Positions 52,571 through 59,535 of a DNA stretch of 61,285 nt are shown here, in pieces (position 1 is the stretch's first letter; each line of letters starts with the position of its first letter). Location: assembly GCA_020847275.1 (NCBI GenBank), contig JADLCI010000006.1, positions 1-61,285 on the forward strand, written 5' to 3'. The position numbers were made by a program, and so were the translations under genes. The DNA is from Candidatus Nomurabacteria bacterium (GTDB taxonomy: Bacteria > Patescibacteriota > Minisyncoccia > Phycocordibacterales > JACOZG01). Under the pieces are notes generated by a model that saw only the letters and a program-made list of their open reading frames with translations, ran no database searches and was not told where the DNA came from.

Positions 52571-52647
52571 GTTGATGATTTGGTCTTTCTGATGAAGCTC
52601 CTGTCTCTGACATTTTTTCTCCACCCGTTGGAGACCGAGAGATAATC

Positions 52648-52680
52648 AACCCCCGCGCTGCGTGCCGGGGGTTTGTTTTT
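52648..52680. terminator. bidirectional terminator
   Basis: AACCCCC...GGGGGTT hairpin plus T-run between convergent units. Confidence 0.7.
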
Positions 52681-52688
52681 TGGAAAAA

Positions 52689-54164
52689 CTATTTTACGAA
52701 ATGTTTTTTGCGAATTTCGTCAACGATTCCCTCTTCGAGTTCAGCAATCTTTTCTTTACCGGAGTCACCCAGCTCTTTTAGGGTTTTTTCATCTAGATTC
52801 GCTAGTTCTTGGGCACGTTTCATTAGCAACTCCCTTTCGTTTATTTCTGGGTTTTCCAGCACTTCTTCCAATAAAGCGCTAAGAATAAAGCCTATCTTGG
52901 GTCCTGGCGGAAGTTTCGTTTCATGAATAACATCGTCTCCTCTTACCTTTAGCATCCCAACACTGGTTGGCTGGCGTAATGCTTCGTCGATCATTGACTG
53001 ATATTTGCGTAGACGGTAGGGCTGTTCCTTGGGGCGACCCATACCAATTCGGTCACACATCCTGACTTTTAGCAGATCGTCGATGTTTTCTCGTCCAACT
53101 TTAGCAATAATACGACGAACTGCAGACAAGGTGATTTTCTCCGTGTCGCTGAAGAACATATGGTTTCTCACCAGGTTAACTACCCTATCGCTGGTTTCAC
53201 GTGAAAACTTAAGCCTAGCCAGGATAATCTTTGTCATTTTTGCCCCCACAACCTCATGGCCGTAGAAGGTGAAATTTTGCTTATCTTGGTTAAAGGCGCG
53301 TGTTCGTGGCTTCGCAATATCGTGAAACAGGGCGGAAAGCCTTATTTCTAGGGGGTATTTCTTGTCGGCGGAGTGTTGGAGGACACGGAGGGTATGTTCC
53401 CATACATCGTAAATGTGTTCACCGTTCTGTTTCACGTGAACCCCCTCCTCCAACTCTGGTAGAAAATGCTTTAGGATCATTAGTTTATGGCAGAGAACCA
53501 GGCCAACCATGGGGTTGTCCGACATAATTATCCGACATAATTCGTCACGAATCCTTTCCGCCGCAATTTCACGGACTAAAGCCCCGTTTTTTATTATGCT
53601 ATTCGTGGTTTCATCGGCAATCGTGAATCCGAGCTCCACCGCTAGACGGACACAACGCAGTATTCTTAGGGCGTCTTCGGTGAAACGTTCATCGGCTTGT
53701 CCTACAGAACGGATTGTCCGATTCTTTAGGTCACTTTCACCTCCAAAAAGGTCGACAACTTGTCCTTTAGTTGGGTCAAGGGCAAGTGCATTGATAGTGA
53801 AGTCGCGTCGCTGCAGATCGTCTTCCAGTTTGTCGCTAAATTTAACACTATCTGGGTGGCGCTTATCAGAATATGCTCCCTCCAGACGAAATGGCGTAAT
53901 CTCGATGTTTTTCAGTGCTTCCCCGACCCCCGCCGTCTCGTCCACAACTGTAACCGTGCCGAAGTGGTTCTCGTAGAAGGTTTTAGGAAATAGGGACACA
54001 ATTTGCTCCGGTTTGGCGCTAGTGGTGATATCCCAGTCTTTGGGGGGTCTATTTAGTAAGAGATCTCGAACACAGCCTCCCACCAGATAGGCAGAAAAAC
54101 CACCTTGTTTTAGGGTGTCGATTATTCTAGAAACTTCCACGGGGATCTTGAGTTGGTGAGACAT
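52689..54164 (-). CDS. cca: CCA-adding tRNA nucleotidyltransferase with HD domain
   Basis: LVGGCVRD, DWDITT, DLQRRDFTINA, EDALRILR, LFHDIAKP motifs; the track start overlaps tRNA-Gly, so ATG 54164 is used. Confidence 0.93.
   Translation of the reverse strand: MSHQLKIPVEVSRIIDTLKQGGFSAYLVGGCVRDLLLNRPPKDWDITTSAKPEQIVSLFPKTFYENHFGTVTVVDETAGVGEALKNIEITPFRLEGAYSDKRHPDSVKFSDKLEDDLQRRDFTINALALDPTKGQVVDLFGGESDLKNRTIRSVGQADERFTEDALRILRCVRLAVELGFTIADETTNSIIKNGALVREIAAERIRDELCRIIMSDNPMVGLVLCHKLMILKHFLPELEEGVHVKQNGEHIYDVWEHTLRVLQHSADKKYPLEIRLSALFHDIAKPRTRAFNQDKQNFTFYGHEVVGAKMTKIILARLKFSRETSDRVVNLVRNHMFFSDTEKITLSAVRRIIAKVGRENIDDLLKVRMCDRIGMGRPKEQPYRLRKYQSMIDEALRQPTSVGMLKVRGDDVIHETKLPPGPKIGFILSALLEEVLENPEINERELLMKRAQELANLDEKTLKELGDSGKEKIAELEEGIVDEIRKKHFVK
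53193..53208. other. parS-like site
   Basis: GGTTTCACGTGAAAAC, 13/16 to TGTTTCACGTGAAACA. Confidence 0.5.
53428..53443. other. parS-like site
   Basis: TGTTTCACGTGAACCC, 14/16 to consensus. Confidence 0.55.
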
Positions 54165-54176
54165 AGAAACAATCTG

Positions 54177-54247
54177 TGCGGGTAGGGAGAATCGAACTCC
54201 CGCCTCATCCTTGGCAAGGATGTGTTTTACCACTAAACTACACCCGC
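54177..54247 (-). tRNA. tRNA-Gly(GCC)
   Basis: GCGGGTG/TACCCGC acceptor, loop TT-GCC-AA. Confidence 0.95.
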
Positions 54248-54293
54248 AACTTTTCTATGTTATCATAAAATGTTGAAGTTTCAACGTTGTAAT

Positions 54294-54365
54294 GCTCTCG
54301 TGGTGAAATGGATATCACAACGGTCTTCGGAACCGTCGTTGGGGGTTCGAATCCCTCCGAGAGCA
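54294..54365 (+). tRNA. tRNA-Arg(TCG)
   Basis: GCTCTCG/CGAGAGC acceptor, stem ACGGT/ACCGT, loop CT-TCG-GA. Confidence 0.94.
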
Positions 54366-54395
54366 CTAAGTATTTAGGACATAAAAGCCAAAAAC

Positions 54396-54425
54396 TGTGG
54401 ATAACCTTGGGGACAATGTGCATAA
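54396..54425 (-). promoter_or_regulatory. three tandem DnaA-box-like sites
   Basis: TGTGGATAA (54396), TGGGGACAA (54408), TGTGCATAA (54417). Confidence 0.6.
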
Positions 54426-54831
54426 AGGACAGACCTTTAAGTTGGAGGTTGGTCAAAAAGGGGAGGATTTAGCTTGTTTGTTTCTTAAGAAACATAATTT
54501 TACGATAATTAGCCGTAATTATTGGAAAAAATGGGGTGAAATCGATATTGTGGCTCAAAAGGGGAACGATTTACGTTTTGTGGAGGTGAAAACGGTCTCA
54601 CGAAACAGTGTTACACGTGAAAGCTTGGGGGGAGATAAGGATGATTATGAGCCGGAAGATAATATGCATTCATGGAAACGCGCTCGTTTGCGACGCGTAA
54701 TCGAGACTTATTTGTTGGAAAAAAATATCGACGACGACAAAATTGATTGGCAGGTAGATGTGATTTCTGTTTACATTAATCCTGAGGGACAGGAGTTAAA
54801 AATTGACTGGCTGGAAGATGTGGTGTTGTAG
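54397..54831 (+). CDS. yraN: YraN/UPF0102-family nuclease-like protein
   Basis: GQKGEDLA, NY.KKWGEIDIVA, FVEVKT motifs; true start may be GTG 54418. Confidence 0.92.
   Translation: MDNLGDNVHKGQTFKLEVGQKGEDLACLFLKKHNFTIISRNYWKKWGEIDIVAQKGNDLRFVEVKTVSRNSVTRESLGGDKDDYEPEDNMHSWKRARLRRVIETYLLEKNIDDDKIDWQVDVISVYINPEGQELKIDWLEDVVL
54609..54624. other. parS-like site
   Basis: TGTTACACGTGAAAGC, 14/16 to TGTTNCACGTGAAACA. Confidence 0.55.
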
Positions 54832-54891
54832 GGTCACTTATGCTAGTTTTGATTCAGGGAATGTCCTTTTACCTGAGAGGTGGTGATAGAA

Positions 54892-55155
54892 ATGGCGAAT
54901 AAGAGACGGATTGTTGTACCTGTAGAACATGTACCGTATCGCGACTTTAAACATCGGAGAAAAGCTAAGAATGGACAAGTCTCTAGGGGACGGCGCGCGA
55001 CATTTCGTGCTCGGATGCCGAACGGGCTAAAGTTGAGGGAGCGAAAAGCAGTAAATCGCGTCTGGTTTTCTGTAAAAAGACTCTTTGTCTCACTTGATGT
55101 TTCGGAAGTCACGGTCAATCTCGGTTTTGTTAAGGTTGTTTTTAAGAAAAAATAA
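54892..55155 (+). CDS. 87-aa highly basic hypothetical protein
   Basis: SD-like GAGGTG upstream of ATG 54892; 25 K/R; own terminator. Confidence 0.65.
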   Translation: MANKRRIVVPVEHVPYRDFKHRRKAKNGQVSRGRRATFRARMPNGLKLRERKAVNRVWFSVKRLFVSLDVSEVTVNLGFVKVVFKKK

Positions 55156-55174
55156 CGCCTCGTCAAGGAGTTCC

Positions 55175-55205
55175 AGCCTCAACCGAAACGGTTGAGGCTT
55201 TTTTA
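55175..55205 (+). terminator. intrinsic terminator
   Basis: AGCCTCAACCG-AAA-CGGTTGAGGCT followed by TTTTT. Confidence 0.88.
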
Positions 55206-55379
55206 TAAATTATCTTTGTTGGGGGTGCTATCTCGGCTTTCTGTTGGTGAATTTAAGGTATTTTTTGGTGTTCTCGTCGGTAGTCGAGCCCCAGATCACG
55301 GATATTTCGCGAGATTTGTCCGTTTTTAGCACGATGTTAACGGTGCAGTTTTCAGAGATAAGGGAATTCTAGATACCCC

Positions 55380-55802
55380 TTAGGCCCGTCTCGTCAAACT
55401 CCAAATTTTTCCAGCTCCGAAATTGATGACAACGAGTAATGCCAGAATCAGAATGATGTGGTCGTCAATGATAAACGAGTGGGCATCTGGGTGGGGAAAG
55501 GGGAGAGCCAGGTAGTAGAGTGCCATTAGAACAATACCCAAGATAGAGCTTAAGCGGACGAAAATTCCTGTTAGTAGTGATAAGCCAAGTAAAGTTAGGC
55601 CCCAGGCATTTAGGAAATTAACGATTGGCAAGATACTTGGTGATAATAATGCTCCGTAGAAACCAACAAAGTGCTTCGCACTAGAGATATAGCCAGCTGC
55701 CGACCACGAGGAATCGATTATTTTACTGAATCCGGCGTAGAAAAAGAAAAGACCTAAGCCGACTCGGAGTAGGAATAAGGAAATCTTTTGGGTTTTGTTC
55801 AT
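55380..55802 (-). CDS. DoxX-family membrane protein
   Basis: LLRVGLGLFFFYAGFSKI, GLSLLTGIFVRL, GAGKIWSL motifs. Confidence 0.9.
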   Translation of the reverse strand: MNKTQKISLFLLRVGLGLFFFYAGFSKIIDSSWSAAGYISSAKHFVGFYGALLSPSILPIVNFLNAWGLTLLGLSLLTGIFVRLSSILGIVLMALYYLALPFPHPDAHSFIIDDHIILILALLVVINFGAGKIWSLTRRA

Positions 55803-55841
55803 GATTGGTTAAGTATAATCTGAACAGAAGATCCTGTCATG

Positions 55842-55913
55842 TCGGAGCGCCGGGATTCGAACCCGGAGTCTTACGAACCCGAATCGTAAATGTTACCGTT
55901 ACACCACGCTCCG
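55842..55913 (-). tRNA. tRNA-Pro(CGG)
   Basis: CGGAGCG/CGCTCCG acceptor, stem TACGA/TCGTA, loop TT-CGG-GT. Confidence 0.94.
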
Positions 55914-55918
55914 TTTTA

Positions 55919-56929
55919 TCAGTATCTCAATCCAGCAAATGGTACCTCGTAGAAGATGCCTGCCCCAGCCGTCCCATTGTCTGTACCGAGGTAAGCCTTA
56001 CCGTTTCTAATCGAGAAACTTTCTTGTTGGTCTGGGGTAATCCCGGTATCAAAGTTCCAGGAAGCCAGAATGGATGAACTATTTTTTCTCGTCGCGTATA
56101 GTTTATTGATGTCGTCGTAGACCCAATATAATACTTGGTATTGTGGGTCAAAGTATAGTGAAGCTAGGTCATTGGAGTTTGATGGTTTCCCCGCGATCAT
56201 TCCCAGGTTCTGGATTGTTCCAGTGCCTTGATTTATCCGGTATTTGTAAACTCGGCCATTGCATTGGCTACCTGCGTAGAAAATATCCCCAGTGCCATCG
56301 TTTTCCACAAACGTTAGAGCCTCGAGCCCGTCTGTGCCGCCGTTACCGCCCGTGCAGGTTTGGAGGTCGGTTAGGGGCCAAAATGTACCAGGGGTGTTCA
56401 GGTCATTAGGTAAGTGAGTCTGGGTGTTCCATTTGAAAATGCTTGGTGGATTTTCCCTTCCTACATAGACGAAATCGCTTGCGGGGTCAGCAACCGCCAA
56501 ACCCTCGATGTCGCCCAGGTTACCCCAGCGACCTAGGATTGAGCCGTTGCTGGCAATCTGGACCATTTTGCCACCATCATCTACTATCCAGAAACTGTTT
56601 GAACGGTCATGCCACTCTGCACCACTAACCTCTCCGGCGTTGCTACTAGTGAGCACGGTTTTCGCTCCGAAGGTGGCTTGGCAAGTGTTGCTACAGCCGT
56701 CCGTATTATTAGTATTGCCGTCGTCACATTGTTCGCCGCTGGCTGGTTGAACGATGCCGTTGCCACAGGCGGAGAGCGGTCTTTGTAGTGGTTCAGGGGA
56801 TACGGCACCTTGTCCAATCGGGCGACTTTGATAGAGAATTGCTAACTGGTCTTGTGACCGGTCGAGAATAATGGATGAAGAAACGATTAGGACGATTCCA
56901 ACAAGCACGAGGACTGTTAATCTTTTCAT
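55919..56929 (-). CDS. secreted protein: Myxococcus Cys-rich repeat (DUF4215) plus SdiA-regulated/YjiK-like beta-propeller
   Basis: CGNGIVQPASGEQCDDGNTNNTDGCSNTC; repeated DIEGLAV / GLEALTF blades. Confidence 0.8.
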   Translation of the reverse strand: MKRLTVLVLVGIVLIVSSSIILDRSQDQLAILYQSRPIGQGAVSPEPLQRPLSACGNGIVQPASGEQCDDGNTNNTDGCSNTCQATFGAKTVLTSSNAGEVSGAEWHDRSNSFWIVDDGGKMVQIASNGSILGRWGNLGDIEGLAVADPASDFVYVGRENPPSIFKWNTQTHLPNDLNTPGTFWPLTDLQTCTGGNGGTDGLEALTFVENDGTGDIFYAGSQCNGRVYKYRINQGTGTIQNLGMIAGKPSNSNDLASLYFDPQYQVLYWVYDDINKLYATRKNSSSILASWNFDTGITPDQQESFSIRNGKAYLGTDNGTAGAGIFYEVPFAGLRY

Positions 56930-57054
56930 TTTTCTATTTATTTAGCCACTTATAATCTTTCAACTCTAGCAGATAAGCTAGTTTGCCACAAACATAATGT
57001 TTCCAGGCGCGGAATTCGATTAGCGCCGAGGCAACTTCTTCTCAAAATCAAATT

Positions 57055-57128
57055 TGGTGGACCTAGCGAGAATCGAACTCGCGCCTCGGCAATGCGAATG
57101 CCGCGTCGTACCACTAGACTATAGGCCC
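57055..57128 (-). tRNA. tRNA-Ala(CGC)
   Basis: GGGCCTA/TAGGTCC acceptor with G3:U70, loop TT-CGC-AT, CCA encoded. Confidence 0.95.
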
Positions 57129-57132
57129 GCGG

Positions 57133-57206
57133 TGGGCAATACAGGAGTCGAACCTGTGACCTTACGAATGTGAATCGTACGCTCTAACCAGCTGAGCTAA
57201 TTGCCC
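57133..57206 (-). tRNA. tRNA-Val(CAC)
   Basis: GGGCAAT/ATTGCCC acceptor, loop TT-CAC-AT. Confidence 0.95.
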
Positions 57207-57235
57207 GTTAACACAATCTCTTTTAAAAATCTCTG

Positions 57236-57308
57236 TCGGAGCGCCGGGATTCGAACCCGGAGTCGCCCGCTCCCAAAGCGGGAATGTTAGCCGTTACACC
57301 ACGCTCCG
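57236..57308 (-). tRNA. tRNA-Pro(TGG)
   Basis: CGGAGCG/CGCTCCG acceptor, stem CCCGC/GCGGG, loop TT-TGG-GA. Confidence 0.95.
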
Positions 57309-57367
57309 TCTTGCCCGTAGCTTGCCTCGCATCGTAGCATGATTTCGTTATAATGTCATAGCGAAAG

Positions 57368-57438
57368 CGGGATGTAGTATAGTGGTAATATATGCCCATG
57401 GGGTGGGTAAGCCCCGAGTTCGATTCTCGGCATCCCGA
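57368..57438 (+). tRNA. tRNA-Pro(GGG)
   Basis: CGGGATG/CATCCCG acceptor, loop AT-GGG-GT (A32/U38). Confidence 0.92.
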
Positions 57439-57446
57439 CAGTGTCT

Positions 57447-58574
57447 CTAAAAATAGACCCGTTTCATTAGGGGGTTTAGTTGCGTTACGGTTTCGTAGTT
57501 AACGGTGTCGGAGAGGTTGGATAATTCGTCCGCCGTCATCTTGTTCTTACCATCCTGCCCTATTAGTGTGACAATATTGCCAACCCGCACCCCTTTAACC
57601 GTCGAAACGTCGACGATGATCATATCCATCGAGATGCGACCTAGAATTTTTGCAAACTGACCACGGATTAAAACCTTGCCGATGCTGGAAAGGGATCGTG
57701 GGTAACCATGCCAGTAACCAATTGGGCAAATTGCAATCTTGCCAGCCACCGCCAGTTTCTCTGTGCCGTCATAACCAAGCTTGCTCCCGGCTGGTAGATT
57801 TTTTACTTCGCTAACAATACTTTTCCAGCTCAAAACTGGCCGCAAGTTTAACTTCTTCTGGAATCCCGCGGCCACTTCCTTCGAGGGATAAAAGCCGTAT
57901 AGACCAATACCAATTCGGGCTAAGTCCAGCTGGCTTTCTGGGAAAACGATGGCACCGGAAGTGGCCGCGGCGTGAGAGAGGGGATGGAAGCCCGCTTTTC
58001 TGGCCAATTCTGTCACTTCTAGAAATTGTTTCAGCTGAGCGCGAGTTTCGTTGGGGAAGGCGGGGTTTTTCGCCGCTGGGAAGTGGGTATAAATACCCTC
58101 AAAATTTTTTATTTTATTTTTCTGTAAAAATTTCAAAACTTTATCGATTTGTGTCGGCAAGAAGCCCTGTCGGTGCATGCCGGTGTCAATCTTAAGGTGA
58201 AACTTGGCCGGCCACTTTTTCAACAATTCCAAATTTTCAAAACTGGAGATAGTTAAACTTAAATTATATTTCACCGCTTCCGCAAATTTCTCTGGCAATG
58301 TGTAACCAAGAACCAAAATCGGGATCTTAATTCCGAAATCTCGTAGCGCCTCTCCTTCCACAATGGAGTCCACGCCAAGCCAATCTGCTCCCAGTTTTTC
58401 TTGCAGTTTCGCGAACTGAAATAAGTCGTGGCCGTAGGCGTTTGATTTGACCACCGCGAGTAGCTTGGTCTTTTTGTCCAACAATTTTCGAAAGACGTGG
58501 TAATTGTGCGCAACTTTTTCCTCGTCAATCTCCAGCCAAGTTCGCAGGCCGTCATGTGCGTTTTTTAGTTTCAT
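57447..58574 (-). CDS. alr: alanine racemase
   Basis: AVVKSNAYGH, HLKIDTGMHRQG, ARIGIGLYG, IGYWHGYPR, GRISMDM motifs. Confidence 0.97.
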   Translation of the reverse strand: MKLKNAHDGLRTWLEIDEEKVAHNYHVFRKLLDKKTKLLAVVKSNAYGHDLFQFAKLQEKLGADWLGVDSIVEGEALRDFGIKIPILVLGYTLPEKFAEAVKYNLSLTISSFENLELLKKWPAKFHLKIDTGMHRQGFLPTQIDKVLKFLQKNKIKNFEGIYTHFPAAKNPAFPNETRAQLKQFLEVTELARKAGFHPLSHAAATSGAIVFPESQLDLARIGIGLYGFYPSKEVAAGFQKKLNLRPVLSWKSIVSEVKNLPAGSKLGYDGTEKLAVAGKIAICPIGYWHGYPRSLSSIGKVLIRGQFAKILGRISMDMIIVDVSTVKGVRVGNIVTLIGQDGKNKMTADELSNLSDTVNYETVTQLNPLMKRVYF

Positions 58575-58724
58575 GGTGAATTTACTCTAGCAGTAAAAGG
58601 CCCTGGTGTTAAATGTCATTGACGTGAATCCTAAAATGCACCAAACTAGTACTGGACTGGTTATTTAACGATGAGGGAAGTATCGGAATACTTCCCAGAT
58701 TGTGTTTTAATATAAGGAGATATT

Positions 58725-58871
58725 GTGAAACGTAAACGGAACAGAGAGATTGTCGGGTCAGAAACGATTGCTTGTTTTCCCGTGCGACCTGTGCGCACCG
58801 CAATGCCTTCAAGGGTCCGTAAGATCGTCAAGGAGGCGATTGCCAAAGCCCGCGTTGCGGCAGGCAAGTAG
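58725..58871 (+). CDS. 48-aa basic microprotein (not in ORF track)
   Basis: SD AAGGAG (58714-19), GTG start, MKRKRNREIVGSETIACFPVRPVRTAMPSRVRKIVKEAIAKARVAAGK*, terminator follows. Confidence 0.6.
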   Translation: MKRKRNREIVGSETIACFPVRPVRTAMPSRVRKIVKEAIAKARVAAGK

Positions 58872-58897
58872 ACAGACAGTTGTTTCCCATTTCACCC

Positions 58898-58928
58898 GCC
58901 CCTCGCGCAAATGCGAGGGGCTTTTTTT
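58898..58928 (+). terminator. intrinsic terminator
   Basis: GCCCCTCGC-GCAAAT-GCGAGGGGC followed by TTTTTTT. Confidence 0.9.
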
Positions 58929-58934
58929 GTTTTG

Positions 58935-59005
58935 TGCGGGATGGGGGAATCGAACTCCCGACTACAGTTTGGAAAACTGTCGTTTTACCACTAAACTAAT
59001 CCCGC
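58935..59005 (-). tRNA. tRNA-Gly(TCC)
   Basis: GCGGGAT/ATCCCGC acceptor, stem ACAGT/ACTGT, loop TT-TCC-AA. Confidence 0.94.
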
Positions 59006-59026
59006 TTTGTGATACTATATTACCCA

Positions 59027-59167
59027 ATGTCGAACTTGCCCGAGCTTAGCACGAATCTTTTCATTGAGACAATCATCTCTTTCGTCGCCCTTGTGATTAT
59101 CTCTGGCCTTTTAACCTTGCAGATTATTTTGAAAATCACGGAGACATATCTTCATTCTGGGTACTAA
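59027..59167 (+). CDS. 46-aa single-TM microprotein (not in ORF track)
   Basis: MSNLPELSTNLFIETIISFVALVIISGLLTLQIILKITETYLHSGY*; TG-a-TACTAT 8 nt upstream; ends at a terminator. Confidence 0.6.
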   Translation: MSNLPELSTNLFIETIISFVALVIISGLLTLQIILKITETYLHSGY

Positions 59168-59197
59168 GAAACCCCAGCTAGAGTGGCTGGGGTTTCT
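59167..59197. terminator. bidirectional terminator
   Basis: AGAAACCCCAGC/GCTGGGGTTTCT 12-bp stem. Confidence 0.85.
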
Positions 59198-59221
59198 CGG
59201 GGACTTTCAACCAAAGTCGTT

Positions 59222-59494
59222 TTACTTTACGGCGTCCTTTAAACCTTTGGCTGGGCGGAACTTCGGCACCCTCATCGCGGGAACCTGAATTGGCTCACCT
59301 GTTCGGGGGTTGCGCGCGGTGCGGGCCGCTCGTTTGCGCGCCGAGAAGATACCAAGACCGGAGATGGATACTTCACCATCTTGCTTCAGGGTAGCGGTGA
59401 TGGAGTCAATAACCACGTCCAGTGCTTGCTCCGCGGCCACCTTCGTTCCACCAATTTTCTGGTGAATCGCTTCAGCTAGTGCTTGTTTATTCAT
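59222..59494 (-). CDS. hup: HU-family DNA-binding protein
   Basis: MNKQAL, GLGIFS, RAARTARNPRTGE, PKFRPAKGLKDAVK motifs. Confidence 0.97.
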   Translation of the reverse strand: MNKQALAEAIHQKIGGTKVAAEQALDVVIDSITATLKQDGEVSISGLGIFSARKRAARTARNPRTGEPIQVPAMRVPKFRPAKGLKDAVK

Positions 59495-59535
59495 TTTTTC
59501 TTAAAAATGGCTGATAATCGCCTATTATACACCAA

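Noticed and set aside
52589-52612. Hammerhead core CTGATGA or box C/D motifs after xer
   Set aside because: No GAAA after stem II and no stem III; box spacing is unconvincing.
55229-55370. Minus-strand open frame NSLISENCTVNIVLKTDKSREISVIWGSTTDENTKKYLKFTNRKPR
   Set aside because: Bounded by a stop, with no good start, SD or recognisable homology; at most a gene remnant.
55841-57264. attL/attR direct repeats flanking an island
   Set aside because: Both 30-nt copies belong to complete tRNA-Pro genes, and there is no integrase between them.
4341-59197. C-run/G-run hairpins as a REP-like repeat family
   Set aside because: Stems and loops differ in sequence, and each sits at a gene 3' end; these are ordinary intrinsic terminators.
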